NCBI GenBank assembly: GCA_043826435.1
Contig: JBDRQF010000018.1
Location: 1 to 28,442, forward strand
From: Elusimicrobiota bacterium
GTDB taxonomy: Bacteria > Elusimicrobiota > Endomicrobiia > CG1-02-37-114 > JAHJSO01
DNA length: 28,442 bases
Direction: 5' to 3'
Translations under genes and position numbers: made by a program
The notes under the pieces: model-generated
What the model saw: the letters and a program-made list of their open reading frames with translations, nothing else
Told to the model about the DNA's origin: nothing
The model's database searches: none
Shown: positions 1 to 10,589 of the stretch, piece by piece
Numbering within the stretch: the stretch's first letter is position 1
Layout: each line of letters starts with the position of its first letter

Positions 1-2807
1 GAATACGTTTCCAGAAACGACAGGTCGCCCTTTTCAATCTGGAACAACATATTGACGGGTTTAGCGGTGTCAAGCGGAATTTTGCCTGAGCCGGTTATCA
101 CAAGGGTCTCCTTGTTCCTGTGTAGTTGCATGACCCTTATGCTCGTAAATTCCAGCGCCGCCTTCCTGTAGGACATCTGGATGCCCGTGTTGGTGAAAGG
201 GACGGAGTAAATAGATCCCCCGGAGATATTCACGGTAGTCGTAAGATACGGGTTTGACTGGTTGCCTTTTAATATAACGGTAAAATCGGTGTTCCCGTTT
301 ACAGGTGCAGTAATGTTTAACAACGCCGTTATGTCCTCAATATTTATTCCGTTGCCTTCGCAGACCATGTCAATCTTATCCTTTGAGTAGTACCCGTTTA
401 GGTCGAACAGGGATGTAGTTTTTTTGTCCCTGCCGGTTTCCTGAACTGCAAAGTTTGAAAAAACGGCTTCACCACTGTTTAAAAATTTTATTCTGCCCGT
501 AACCGAATACTTCCTGTTTTTTACAGGCATGAATTCAATCGTCTTGACCCCGTCAGCGGAGTTGTATACAGCCGACACCTCAACGTTCTTGAAGTTGTGC
601 TGGTTAACCCACAGGGTATGCGTGTCCAGGACAAGGTCAAGTTTAGTTCTCCCGCCGGACGAAGTCCATCTGCCCTTTGTATTGCCTTTTGAAAAGATGC
701 TTAACGGCTGGAATATTTCAAGATTATTTATATTGTAATTTATATCAAAATTACCGGACGATTTTCCGAAGGATATTTTTGTCCCTGGCAGGACCGATAT
801 TTCGTTCTCTTCCGACTGGATGAGGAGTTTTTCAACCTGTATGGTTTTCATCGCATCGCTTGTTCTTGCGACAAAACCCATGTACGTCCACTCGGCGGGA
901 AGGATTTTTTCCGTCCACCGGATGCTCCGGGACTTTATGGATTCCATTTTTATTGTGACGACCGGGGAGTACAACGGGCCGTCCAGTTCAATTGAGAGGT
1001 CGGCGTTCCCTTCAATGGGGAGGCGGGTTGAATAGACCTTGTAGAGGACGTCGTTTAAGTCACCTGTGTTTATGTTTTCAAAATTTAACGCAGAGGACGT
1101 GGCCCCCGTAGTTATGTCGTTGATGTTGAATGCAAACCGCCCGTTGATTTTTTTGCCGATTGATATTTTTCCTGATGAAACCAGTTTTTTGCCGGAGTAC
1201 TGCCCTTTCCCGGACATCGCTGCGGCGACTTCCCTGAAAGAGGCATTCTTAACGGTGTACCCGAAATCCATTCTCGGATTGCGGATATCGCCCGACAGGG
1301 ACATCTTCCCGTCAAGTGTGCCTGAAAGTTCTCCGCTAATGCGTTCAATCGGCAAGTTGCTTAAGTCCGTATTGCCATTTATGCTCATTTTACTGAAATT
1401 CAGTATCGTCTCGCCTGAAATGTTTTTATCAATCCAGTAATTTATCCTGAGCGTTTTTTCACTCAGCCGGAATTTACCCGTGAACAGTCCCACCGGGAAG
1501 CCCTTTACTGTCAGTTTGTTGCCCGAAAACAGCCCGTCTAATTTAAAGCCGCCTGATGTGTTGAGCGTGCCGGAAACGTTAATGTTCCCGCGTACGTCTA
1601 ATTTCGGCAGGACAAGGTCCCTGAGCAGTAACTTTAGAGTGTACGCTCCGAAGGAGTTTGTCCGCTCTACCTCAAAATCAACGTCGGTTATACCGGTAAG
1701 ATTTAATTTGCCGATATAGAGGGGCATGTTGTCTTTTCTTGATTCCGTAAACCAGCCGTTGAAACGGTATCTCTCCTTTGTGAGGATGTCCCCCGATATA
1801 TTGAACGTCTTATTGGCATAGTTTATTGCAACCTCGCCCTTCTGGCAGTTAAACTTAAACGGTTTTTCCATGACGACGGAATACAAACTGCTCTTTATGT
1901 TCAGGACGGGGTTTTCAAAGGTGCCGGTAATTTTTACCTGTGATGTCAATACCCCGCTTGTCCCGGGGTCAATCTTTTTAATGTTTATGCGGGAAAGTTG
2001 CAAATGGATGGCCGGTTGTTTACCTGAAATGACCCCGCTTGCAGAAATTGTCTGATCGCCGTCCGCCAGGATAACGTTGTCAAGCGTAAAGACATTGCTT
2101 GAATACCTGAATGCAGCGCCGCCCGCAAAATTGAAGTCCTTCCACCTGACGGAAATATTGTCAATCGTTATCTCCGCCGCCGGCCGGCTTGAGATGTCCG
2201 TCAGAAGGAAATGCCCCTTTGCATTGTTGTTTTCAAGTTCAACGGTTATCTTACCGCTTATCCTGTCCCTGACCGCAGGTATATCGCCGCCCAATTTAAC
2301 GGTAATCCGTTTCTGCTTTCCCTTCAACGGGGTGTTGGTCATAACCGTCCATTTTGACTGGTCCGCTCTGCTTATAAATTTTATCCTTGTTCCGGGCAAA
2401 AAGGCGGACGAGAGGTAGGCATCAATAGAGTTTATTTTTGGGGACAGCGTAACGCGGCCGTCATTTAAAACGAACGCCGTTTCGCCGGCACTAAGCCCGC
2501 CGTGTTTCCACGTTATTATAATTTCCCTTTCCCGCTTAAGCAGGAATTTCGGCAGGTTAATCGTAACGCCCATCGTTTTTGCAAAGAAAACATAACTGTC
2601 CTGAGAGAGGGACACATTGTGTAAATGGACGCCTAAAGGAAACGATATTGAAACGGATGCAATGTCCAATTTCAGGTTATACCTTTCGGTGATGTCTTTT
2701 TTTATAACTTTGGTTATTTCTTTCGGCAGAATAAGGACGCACACCAGCAGAAACAAAACAGAGAGGGAAACCAGAATAAGGATTATTCCCGGCAAATACT
2801 TTCTCAT
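1..2807 (-). CDS. AsmA/TamB-like large periplasmic beta-rich protein, 3' end runs off the window
   Basis: ATG at 2807 follows the clpC stop closely. I read MRKYLPGIILILVSLSVLFLLVCVLILPKEITK (N-terminal membrane anchor) followed by beta-strand-like sequence. The same frame is open at the window edge (PVNMLFQIEKGDLSFLETY). It is absent from the ORF track because there is no stop in the window. I checked both ends, not every codon. Confidence 0.7.
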   Translation of the reverse strand, partial: MRKYLPGIILILVSLSVLFLLVCVLILPKEITKVIKKDITERYNLKLDIASVSISFPLGVHLHNVSLSQDSYVFFAKTMGVTINLPKFLLKREREIIITWKHGGLSAGETAFVLNDGRVTLSPKINSIDAYLSSAFLPGTRIKFISRADQSKWTVMTNTPLKGKQKRITVKLGGDIPAVRDRISGKITVELENNNAKGHFLLTDISSRPAAEITIDNISVRWKDFNFAGGAAFRYSSNVFTLDNVILADGDQTISASGVISGKQPAIHLQLSRINIKKIDPGTSGVLTSQVKITGTFENPVLNIKSSLYSVVMEKPFKFNCQKGEVAINYANKTFNISGDILTKERYRFNGWFTESRKDNMPLYIGKLNLTGITDVDFEVERTNSFGAYTLKLLLRDLVLPKLDVRGNINVSGTLNTSGGFKLDGLFSGNKLTVKGFPVGLFTGKFRLSEKTLRINYWIDKNISGETILNFSKMSINGNTDLSNLPIERISGELSGTLDGKMSLSGDIRNPRMDFGYTVKNASFREVAAAMSGKGQYSGKKLVSSGKISIGKKINGRFAFNINDITTGATSSALNFENINTGDLNDVLYKVYSTRLPIEGNADLSIELDGPLYSPVVTIKMESIKSRSIRWTEKILPAEWTYMGFVARTSDAMKTIQVEKLLIQSEENEISVLPGTKISFGKSSGNFDINYNINNLEIFQPLSIFSKGNTKGRWTSSGGRTKLDLVLDTHTLWVNQHNFKNVEVSAVYNSADGVKTIEFMPVKNRKYSVTGRIKFLNSGEAVFSNFAVQETGRDKKTTSLFDLNGYYSKDKIDMVCEGNGINIEDITALLNITAPVNGNTDFTVILKGNQSNPYLTTTVNISGGSIYSVPFTNTGIQMSYRKAALEFTSIRVMQLHRNKETLVITGSGKIPLDTAKPVNMLFQIEKGDLSFLETY

Positions 2808-2816
2808 AGGACATTC

Positions 2817-5303
2817 TCATGATTTGACCGTCTTCGGGACCTGGTGCGTCGTAAAAACAATCTTTTTGTTTTCTGCATCCATCTCCGCGAATACCTTTGA
2901 AACATTATCGCTGGCTGCGGATGAAATGCCTTTTGAAAGGATCTCCTCTGCTATGGCATCCTCAAGATATTTCTGTATGGTCCTCTGCAGGGGCCGCGCC
3001 CCGTACGTCGGGTCAAATCCCTTTTCAAGCAGGAAGTTTCTGCAGGCAGGCGAGAGTTCAATTGAAATCGCCTGGCCTAACAGTTTCTTCTGCACACGTT
3101 CAAGCATGATGTCCAGTATTTTTTCAATCTCATTTTTCCCTAACGGATGAAAAACAATTACCTCGTCTATCCTGTTTAAAAACTCAGGGTTGAAGGTCTT
3201 TTTCACCTCTTCCATCAGGGTGTCCTTTATGGTCCGGTATTCTCCCTGGGCGTTGTCACCTACCATGAAACCGAGCGCCTTCCCCTTTGAAATGAGACGC
3301 GCGCCGACATTAGACGTCATTATAAGAACAATGTTTTTGAAATTGACCCTGTGCCCCATGCTGTCTGTCAGGATGCCGTCATCAAGTATCTGCAGCAGGA
3401 GGTTAAACACGTCCTGGTGCGCCTTTTCAATTTCATCCAGCAGGACGACGCAATACGGTTTGCGTCTTACCTTTTCCGTGAGTTGCCCGCCTTCTTCATA
3501 GCCAACATAACCCGGCGGGGAACCGATAAGCCGGGAGACGGAAAATTTTTCCATGTATTCGGACATGTCAACCCGCACAAGGGCTTTCTCGTCTCCGAAT
3601 AGGAATTCCGAAAGAGCGCGCGCCAGTTCGGTCTTGCCGACGCCGGTAGGCCCGAGAAAAATAAAACTACCGATGGGCCGCCTGGGGTCTTTCAACCCCG
3701 TCCTTGAGCGCCTTATCGCCTGCGCCACGGAATGCGTTGCCTCTTCCTGGCCTATTACCCTCCTGTGAAGTTCCTCCTCCATTTTCAGAAGACGTTCCTG
3801 CTCTTTCTCCGTAATGCGGATAACGGGTATGCTTGTCCATTTGGATACGATTGCGGCTATGTCGTCCGCCGTGATAGCCGGGAAAAGGGCCTCCCTGCTC
3901 TCGCGCCAGCGTTTCTTTATGTTTTCTATTGCCTTTTTCATCTCGCGCTCTTTGTCCCTGTATGAGGCGGCCTTCTCGTATTCCTGCCGTGAAATTGCGG
4001 CTTCCTTTTCCCGGACGAGTTTTTCAAGTTCGTCTTCCTTTTGTTTTATCTCGGGGCTGGGCTGGGCTGTCTGGAGACGTGAACTGCTCCCTGCCTCGTC
4101 AATAAGATCTATCGCCTTGTCCGGGAGGTATCTGTCGGATATGAACCTGTCCGACAGGTTAGCGGCGGCAACCAGCGACTCATCATCATACCTGACCCTG
4201 TGGTGGGTCTCATATTTTTCCTTGAGCCCCCGCAGAATCGTTATTGTTTCTTCTATGGTAGGAGGGTCAACTGTAATCGGCTGGAATCTCCTCTCAAGCG
4301 CCGGGTCATGTTCAATGTGTTTCCTGAATTCGTCAAAGGTTGTCGCGCCGATACATTGCAGTTCCCCCCTGCCTAACGCCGGCTTCAGCATGTTGCTGGC
4401 GTCTATGGCGCCCTCTGCGGCGCCCGCTCCTATGACCGTATGCAGTTCGTCTATAAACAGGATTATATTGTTCCTTGAGCGTCTTATTTCCTCCATTATG
4501 TTTTTCAGCCGTTGTTCAAACTCACCGCGGTATTTTGTTCCCGCAACAACGGACGATAAGTCAAGTGTTATAAGCCGTTTACCGGTTAAAATATCAGGGA
4601 CGTCTCCATTTGCAATTTTCTGCGCCAGGCCTTCAACGATGGCTGTCTTGCCCACGCCGGGGTCGCCCACAAGCACGGGGTTGTTCTTTGTCCGTCTGGT
4701 AAGTATCTGGGTGAGCCGCTCAATCTCGGATGAGCGGCCTATGACCGGGTCAAGTTTGGAGTCCTTTGCCATCTGTGTAAGGTCCCTGCTGAAATCGTCC
4801 AGCGTAGGGGTTTTTGATTTGGGTTTTCCGTGAACCGCCGTATGATGAGGCCCGCCGAACGGTTTGGTCGGTTCACCCAAAAGTTCAATTATCTCCTGCC
4901 GGACGTCGGTAATTTTGACGCCCATGTTTTCAATGACCCTCGCGGCTATGCCGTCCTCCTCTTTGATAAGGCCCAGGAGCAGGTGCTCGGTGCCGACATA
5001 ATAATGCCCCATGTTCGCTGCTTCGTCAACGGCAAGCTCAAGGACCTTCTTCGCCCTCGGGCTGAACGGGATTTCACCCAGCAGCATAACGTTGTCACCG
5101 GTGCCGACGATCTTTTCGACCTCATTCCTGAGTTTCTTCAGGTCAACGCCCATATTGTCCATAACCTGAGCCGCCACGCCTTCCCCTATGGAAACAAGAC
5201 CCAACAGCAGGTGCTCGGTCCCGACATAATCATGGTTGAGACGTTTCGCCTCCTCCTGCGCGATTAAAATTACCTTTTGCGCCCTGTCAGTGAATTTGTT
5301 CAT
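2817..5303 (-). CDS. clpC: ATP-dependent Clp protease ATP-binding subunit ClpC
   Basis: Two Clp-N repeats (FTDRAQKVI...[11 protein letters not shown] twice), Walker A GDPGVGKT and [11 protein letters not shown] middle domain ([11 protein letters not shown]), ClpP-docking LGF loop; lies downstream of mcsAB. Confidence 0.97.
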   Translation of the reverse strand: MNKFTDRAQKVILIAQEEAKRLNHDYVGTEHLLLGLVSIGEGVAAQVMDNMGVDLKKLRNEVEKIVGTGDNVMLLGEIPFSPRAKKVLELAVDEAANMGHYYVGTEHLLLGLIKEEDGIAARVIENMGVKITDVRQEIIELLGEPTKPFGGPHHTAVHGKPKSKTPTLDDFSRDLTQMAKDSKLDPVIGRSSEIERLTQILTRRTKNNPVLVGDPGVGKTAIVEGLAQKIANGDVPDILTGKRLITLDLSSVVAGTKYRGEFEQRLKNIMEEIRRSRNNIILFIDELHTVIGAGAAEGAIDASNMLKPALGRGELQCIGATTFDEFRKHIEHDPALERRFQPITVDPPTIEETITILRGLKEKYETHHRVRYDDESLVAAANLSDRFISDRYLPDKAIDLIDEAGSSSRLQTAQPSPEIKQKEDELEKLVREKEAAISRQEYEKAASYRDKEREMKKAIENIKKRWRESREALFPAITADDIAAIVSKWTSIPVIRITEKEQERLLKMEEELHRRVIGQEEATHSVAQAIRRSRTGLKDPRRPIGSFIFLGPTGVGKTELARALSEFLFGDEKALVRVDMSEYMEKFSVSRLIGSPPGYVGYEEGGQLTEKVRRKPYCVVLLDEIEKAHQDVFNLLLQILDDGILTDSMGHRVNFKNIVLIMTSNVGARLISKGKALGFMVGDNAQGEYRTIKDTLMEEVKKTFNPEFLNRIDEVIVFHPLGKNEIEKILDIMLERVQKKLLGQAISIELSPACRNFLLEKGFDPTYGARPLQRTIQKYLEDAIAEEILSKGISSAASDNVSKVFAEMDAENKKIVFTTHQVPKTVKS

Positions 5304-6376
5304 TTCTGTTTTCCTCTTTTGATATCCCCCGTCCCGAACAACCTTTCGCGGATTAACCGGGTGCGCTCTATGTCTCTTTCTTCAGGGGAAAGCGCCCTGT
5401 TTGAAATTTCCTGCAGGTGGCCCGGTTGCAGTATGAATATCAACTGGTCCACATGGTTACTGTTGACAGGCAGATTGATGTTTAAGTCGGAACAAAGACG
5501 GATTTTCGTGAGGCAGAGTATCGCTTCCTCCGAACTGATTGACCTTGCGTATTCCAGGATGCCGTATGCGCGGTATATCATGTCTTCAAGTTTGTGTTTT
5601 GATTCTTTCAGGAGTTTCCTCCGTGCTTCCGTTTCATACCGGGTTATTGTCCGGACGACCCTGTCAAACCTATGGACGATTTCTTCACCAGTTGCGCCCA
5701 GCGTGGTTGAGTTGGATATCTGGAAGATGTCCCCTATGGGTTTTGTCCCTTCACCGTAAAACCCGCGCGCAACCATCCGGGCCTTCCGGATGCCATTTAA
5801 AAGATTCTCAATGCTGTCGGTCAGTACCATTGCAGGAAGGTGCAGCAGGCAGGAAATCCTCAGTCCGGTGCCCACGTTCGTCGGGCAGGAAGTCAGGAAA
5901 CCGTACCTCCTGCTGTATGCGAACTTCATAACGTTACCGAGAGAATCTTCCGTGCCTGACGCAATAAGGTATGCGGAATTCGTAGCGAGCCCCTGCAGGA
6001 GGCACTGGATTCTTATGTGGTCCTCTTCGTTTATCATTATTGATACTTTCTCGTCGGATGTAAAGACAACGCCCTGCTCGTCCGTAGTCCTCTTCAAAGA
6101 AGCCATCTCATGGGATATTAAATGACGCTCCATCAGGAGATGCCTGTCAATCCTGTCAAGCGCATTAAGTTTGAGTACGGATGCATCTGAAAACTGCGGT
6201 ATTCCCGATACGGCGGACACGGTACAATCAAACACATCCCTTAAGGCGGAAGCATCCGCCCTTGAAGGGAAATACCTGTCATGGAGGTTGCGTGCAATAC
6301 GGGCGCGGGTTGACAGGACAATGCCCCCGCCGTTCACCCATGAAATTTTTCTTTTTGCAAGGTCGCCCAATATCAC
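5300..6376 (-). CDS. mcsB: Protein-arginine kinase McsB
   Basis: ATP:guanido phosphotransferase motifs STRARIARN, INEEDHIRIQ, GFLTSCPTNVGTGLR; 4-nt overlaps with mcsA and clpC. Confidence 0.95.
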   Translation of the reverse strand: MILGDLAKRKISWVNGGGIVLSTRARIARNLHDRYFPSRADASALRDVFDCTVSAVSGIPQFSDASVLKLNALDRIDRHLLMERHLISHEMASLKRTTDEQGVVFTSDEKVSIMINEEDHIRIQCLLQGLATNSAYLIASGTEDSLGNVMKFAYSRRYGFLTSCPTNVGTGLRISCLLHLPAMVLTDSIENLLNGIRKARMVARGFYGEGTKPIGDIFQISNSTTLGATGEEIVHRFDRVVRTITRYETEARRKLLKESKHKLEDMIYRAYGILEYARSISSEEAILCLTKIRLCSDLNINLPVNSNHVDQLIFILQPGHLQEISNRALSPEERDIERTRLIRERLFGTGDIKRGKQK

Positions 6377-6828
6377 GTTGTTTTTACCATCCCTCTTTTG
6401 TATTTCTGGACCTGCCCTTTAACGTATTTTATCTTGTCCCTTATTTCAGCTGCCTTTTCGTATTCTTCCCGGGAAATACACAATTTCAGTTCCTGGGTCA
6501 ACGCGTGCAGTTTTTGTTTCAACGTTGCTGTCCCGGTCGGGTTATCAAACGGCCTGGTCTCTATGTGCTTACCGGAACCGTGGATATGTTCAATCAACTG
6601 GTTCAGAAAGGGCGCAAAAGAGGTATAACAGTTTGCGCATCCTAAGCGGCCTTTACTTTTAAAATCGGCGTAAGTAATGCCGCATGAGCCGCAGGTTATA
6701 CTTTTCTTTTCCTCAACGCCCTTTTTGATGGCGCACTCCTCGCACATATCCATTTTAAAAACCTGGCCGTTAAATATGCCCTTGAAGTGTATCGTCGCCT
6801 CGTTTTTATGACATACACCGCACAACAT
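6373..6828 (-). CDS. mcsA: McsA, zinc-binding activator of McsB with UVR domain
   Basis: Four CxxC motifs (CGVC, CEEC, CGSC, CANC), GRLGC, IHG..HI, C-terminal EEYEKAAEIRDKI. Confidence 0.93.
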   Translation of the reverse strand: MLCGVCHKNEATIHFKGIFNGQVFKMDMCEECAIKKGVEEKKSITCGSCGITYADFKSKGRLGCANCYTSFAPFLNQLIEHIHGSGKHIETRPFDNPTGTATLKQKLHALTQELKLCISREEYEKAAEIRDKIKYVKGQVQKYKRGMVKTT

Positions 6829-7703
6829 TATACCGGCACCCCCGTTGACCTGGTGAGTTCCCTGAACTCCTTCATCAGTTCTTTTGTAACCTTGCCGGGT
6901 TTACCGTCGCCGATAATTCTGTTATCAACCCGTATTACGGGTATGATCTCGGCTGCGGTACCGGTAAGGAAACACTCATCGGCGGTGTAAACATGGTACG
7001 TCGTAAACAGGTCTTCCTTTACAAGAAGTTTTAATCTGCTCTTTGCAAGGTCCATAACCGCTTCCCGGGTAATTCCGGGGAGCGCCCCCGCCCACGTGGG
7101 AGGCGTGATGATGGTGTTATCCTTCAATATAAAGATGTTATCGCCGGTGCATTCGGCGACGTACCCGTCCTTGTTGAGCATTATCGCTTCATGCACGCCT
7201 GCGCGTGTCGCCTCAATCTTGGCAAGGATGTTGTTGAGATAGTTTAATGATTTTATGCACGGGTTCAGGGCGTTCGGCGAATTCCTGCGGACTGCAACCG
7301 TCACGACCTCAAGGCCCTTTGTGTAAAATTCCTCGGGATAGAGGGCTATCCTGTCCGCTATGATGAAAATTGTCGGTGTGGAGCATCGCCGGGGGTCAAG
7401 CCCCAGGTCGCCCGGCCCTCTTGTGATGACTACCCTTATGTATGCGTCTTTCAGTTTATTCATACGGACCGTCTCAATAATCGCTTTTTCAAGTTCTTCT
7501 TTTGTAAAAGGTATTTCAAGCGATATTGCCCTGGCGGAATTCGTAAGGCGGCCCAGATGTTCCCTGAGTTTAAAGACTCTGCTGTTGTACGCCCGGATGC
7601 CCTCAAAGACCCCGTCGCCATAGAGCAGTCCGTGGTCAAAAATTGAAACTTTCGCCTCTTCCGGCTTTACAAATTTTCCGTCCAAATAAACGAATTTAGA
7701 CAT
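6828..7703 (-). CDS. ilvE: Branched-chain amino acid aminotransferase (PLP class IV)
   Basis: [23 protein letters not shown] (PLP lysine), [18 protein letters not shown]. Confidence 0.95.
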   Translation of the reverse strand: MSKFVYLDGKFVKPEEAKVSIFDHGLLYGDGVFEGIRAYNSRVFKLREHLGRLTNSARAISLEIPFTKEELEKAIIETVRMNKLKDAYIRVVITRGPGDLGLDPRRCSTPTIFIIADRIALYPEEFYTKGLEVVTVAVRRNSPNALNPCIKSLNYLNNILAKIEATRAGVHEAIMLNKDGYVAECTGDNIFILKDNTIITPPTWAGALPGITREAVMDLAKSRLKLLVKEDLFTTYHVYTADECFLTGTAAEIIPVIRVDNRIIGDGKPGKVTKELMKEFRELTRSTGVPV

Positions 7704-7771
7704 TTTTGTTCCCCCAAGTGTACGTTAACCGGTTAGCGCCTTCCCAACCAACAAAACACTCCAGTCGGTTA

Positions 7772-9241
7772 CTATTTTGCCCCGGGAACCACCACGGTTT
7801 CGGGACGCAACAGAGGGAAAAGCAGGACGTCTCTTATTGAGTCGTTCCCCGTCAGGACCATTGTGAGGCGGTCAATCCCTATGCCTAATCCCCCGCAGGG
7901 GGGCATACCGTATTCAATAGCGCGGATAAACTCCTCGTCCAGCAACGGAACTTCCTCGTCCGTTTCGGCTCCGCGCGGTTTATTCAGAAATCTTTTTTTC
8001 TGTTCCAGAGGGTCGTTGAGTTCGGAATAGGCGTTGGCTATCTCCTGGCCTGCAACAAAAAGTTCAAACCTTTCTGCGATTCTCCCGTCCGCATCGTTTG
8101 CCTTTGCAAGCGGGGAAAATGCCACCGGATAATCAATGACGAAAGTCGGTTCCTGCAGTTTGTCCTGGATGAACCCGTCAAAAAGATGGTCAAAAATCTT
8201 TCTATCGGGCGCGGCGGGGTTAAACTCAACGTTCAGTTTTTTCGCAAGGTCCTTTATCGTCCCGTTTTCAACGGCGTCTATTATATCAACGTCTTTGTCC
8301 ACATATTGCCGGAACAGGTCACTCAGGGTAACGGTGCGGGTGTTTTTAAAGTCAGGCATGCCGTCTTTCATCGCCGGGTTTTCAGTTACGCGGACAAGAA
8401 CGTCCCTGCAGAGTTTCATCATATCCGTATAGTCGGAATACGCCCTGTAAACTTCAACCATCGTAAATTCAGGGTTATGCTTCCTGTCAACCCCTTCGTT
8501 CCTGAATGACTTCCCTATCTCAAAAATCTTTTCCATGCCGCCGACAACGAGCATCTTAAGGAACAACTCGGGTGCAATTCTCAGAAAAAAATCGGAGCCG
8601 AAGGCATTGTGAAACGTCTTGAAAGGCCTTGCAACCGCGCCGCCGGGCAGGTGCTGGATTACCGGAGTTTCTACCTCAATGAAACCGTTTTCATTCAGAA
8701 AGCTCCTTATTGAATCAATTATTTTTGCCTTTTGGACGAATATCTGCCTGACGTCCGGGTTTGAGATTAAATCAAGGTACCTTTGCCTGTAACGGATCTC
8801 TACATCCCTGAGCCCATGCCATTTTTCAGGTAGGGGCATAAGCGATTTTGAAAGGAGCGTCCAGTCGGTAACATTGACGGTAAGTTCGCCTGTCCTTGTC
8901 CTGAAAGGGATGCCCGTAACACCCAGGAAATCCCCGATGTCCAGCATCTCCAGGAACGCCCTGTATTTTTCTTCACCGATTAAATTTTGTTTTATGTATA
9001 TCTGCAGTTTCGCCGCAGGGTCCTGCAGGTGGCAGAACGTCGCCTTGCCCATCTCCCTGCGGGAAATAAGACGGCCGCACACACTGATTTTTAAATCAGA
9101 CGCCTCGCCTTCTTTAAGGTGCTGAAATTCGGAATGCACCGCTGAAAAGGTGTGCGTATAATCAAACCTGTGCGGGTACGGGTCAACCCCGGCAGCCCTT
9201 ATTTTTGCGAGTTTGCCAATACGAGTTGCGATAATATCCAT
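7772..9241 (-). CDS. lysS: Lysine--tRNA ligase (class II)
   Basis: PLPEKWHGL, RYRQRYLDL, LRIAPELFLK, FRNEG, HNPEFTM, GMPPCGGLGIGIDRL. Start moved to ATG 9241 (MDIIATRIGKL) because the extra 34 codons in the ORF track run through a palindromic repeat. Confidence 0.95.
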   Translation of the reverse strand: MDIIATRIGKLAKIRAAGVDPYPHRFDYTHTFSAVHSEFQHLKEGEASDLKISVCGRLISRREMGKATFCHLQDPAAKLQIYIKQNLIGEEKYRAFLEMLDIGDFLGVTGIPFRTRTGELTVNVTDWTLLSKSLMPLPEKWHGLRDVEIRYRQRYLDLISNPDVRQIFVQKAKIIDSIRSFLNENGFIEVETPVIQHLPGGAVARPFKTFHNAFGSDFFLRIAPELFLKMLVVGGMEKIFEIGKSFRNEGVDRKHNPEFTMVEVYRAYSDYTDMMKLCRDVLVRVTENPAMKDGMPDFKNTRTVTLSDLFRQYVDKDVDIIDAVENGTIKDLAKKLNVEFNPAAPDRKIFDHLFDGFIQDKLQEPTFVIDYPVAFSPLAKANDADGRIAERFELFVAGQEIANAYSELNDPLEQKKRFLNKPRGAETDEEVPLLDEEFIRAIEYGMPPCGGLGIGIDRLTMVLTGNDSIRDVLLFPLLRPETVVVPGAK

Positions 9242-9255
9242 AATTTGACGCTCAG

Positions 9256-9290
9256 TGTCATTGCGAGGGGCGTTTGCCCCGAAGCAATCC
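9256..9290. repeat. REP/RPE-like palindromic unit GTCATTGCGAG...GAAGCAATCC
   Basis: TGTCATTGCGAGGGGCGTTTGCCCCGAAGCAATCC folds as ATTGC/GCAAT plus GGGGC/GCCCC. It resembles the widespread GTCATTGCGAG-n-GCAATC small palindromic repeats (recalled consensus). Confidence 0.7.
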
Positions 9291-9400
9291 CCCCGCCAAT
9301 AATCCGGGAGAATTTCCTCCCGCCACACTTCGCCCGTGGTCATCTTTCAGGCGGTTCACTCACATGGTTCACTAAACTCTCACAAATCCACTATCAGAAC

Positions 9401-9429
9401 ATTATATCAAAAATATAAAAATAAATCAA
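9401..9429 (-). promoter_or_regulatory. Putative sigma70 promoter for the lysS-ilvE-mcsA-mcsB-clpC unit
   Basis: Minus strand TTGATT-17 nt-TATAAT just after the prfB stop. Confidence 0.65.
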
Positions 9430-9435
9430 ATAAAA

Positions 9436-10534
9436 TCAGGGCGTTTTTTCAAGATATTTTTCAATAAATACATCAATGTCCCCGTCCATTACCCTCTGGA
9501 TGTCGCCGACTTCGGCGCCCGTGCGGTGGTCCTTAACCATCTGGTAAGGCATAAATACGTAAGACCTTATCTGGCTGCCCCAGGCGATTGTCCCCTTTTC
9601 CGAGTAGTGCTTTTCAATCTGTGACCTCAATTTTTCCTGCTCAAGTTCGTACAGCTTCGCTTTCAGTACTTTCATCGCCATAACCTTATTCTTGTACTGG
9701 GACCTTTCATTCTGGCACTGCACGACTATTCCCGAGGGTATGTGGGTTATCCTGACCGCGGAGTCGGTCTTTTGCAGGTGTTGCCCGCCGTGGCCGGAAG
9801 CCCTGTATGTATCAACCCGCAGGTCTGACTCGTCAATTTTTATCTCTAATGTCTCTTCAATCTCAGGGATGATATCGCACGAGGCGAACGAGGTGTGCCT
9901 CCTTTTGTTTGCGTCAAAGGGAGATATCCGGACAAGGCGGTGGACCCCGATTTCACCTCTCAAAAGCCCGTAGGCATGCAGCCCTTTTATTATGAAGGTT
10001 ACGCTCTTGATGCCAGCGCCGTCACCGGGCAGAAGGTCAATGATCTGGGTCTGGAAATTCCTATTTTCCGTCCACCTCATATACATACGCAGTAACATCT
10101 CCGCCCAGTCGCATGCCTCGGTCCCGCCTGCGCCGGCGTGTATTGAGATGATTGCGTTTAGTCCGTCGTTAGGCCCGGAAAGTTTTGATTCTATTTCAAG
10201 AATGGAAAGTCCGGAAGCGAGTTTTTTGAGGCCGTCGTTGAATTCCTTTTCCAGCGACGGGTCAGGCGGCTGGTTTTCGGTTAAATCAATTATCGTTTTC
10301 AGGTCATCTAACTGTTTTTTCAGAGAAACCCACTTGAGGACAACCGATTTAAGCGAGTTGAGTTCCTGCATTGTTTTCTGGGCCGGCTGGGGTTTTTCCC
10401 AGAAACCGTCTTTCGCCGACTCCCGCTCAAGTTCACTGATTTCCCGTTCCTTTTTTTCTAATTCAAAGAAACCTCCTGAGGGAGATGACCTTCTCTTCTA
10501 TTTTCTGAAGGGCGATTTTCAATTCTCTGTCCAT
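9436..10534 (-). CDS. prfB: Peptide chain release factor 2 with programmed +1 frameshift
   Basis: SPF anticodon mimic (RISPFD) and GGQ (GHGGQH). The short ORF MDRELKIALQKIEEKVISLRRFL ends AGG AGG TTT CTT TGA A (stop at 10463-10465). The +1 frame continues ELEKKEREISELERESAKDGFWEKPQPAQKTMQEL into ORF 9436..10371. Alternative in-frame start at 10543. Confidence 0.96.
10462..10477 (-). other. prfB +1 ribosomal frameshift site (internal SD AGGAGG, CTT TGA)
   Basis: AGGAGG TTT CTT TGA A read directly; matches the known RF2 autoregulatory cassette. Confidence 0.93.
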
Positions 10535-10541
10535 AAGGAGC

Positions 10542-10570
10542 ATTATACAAAATTATTAACATTTTTGCAA
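10542..10570 (-). promoter_or_regulatory. Putative sigma70 promoter of prfB
   Basis: TTGCAA-17 nt-TATAAT, with the ATG at 10534 lying 7 nt after the -10 box. Confidence 0.75.
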
Positions 10571-10589
10571 ATGTTGGATGGGCCTGTTT

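Noticed and set aside
9242..9343. 34-aa N-terminal extension of LysS
   Set aside because: Not LysS-like and runs through a palindromic repeat; kept only as a hypothesis in the findings.
9436..10534. prfB as a frameshifted pseudogene
   Set aside because: The in-frame TGA sits in the canonical programmed frameshift cassette.
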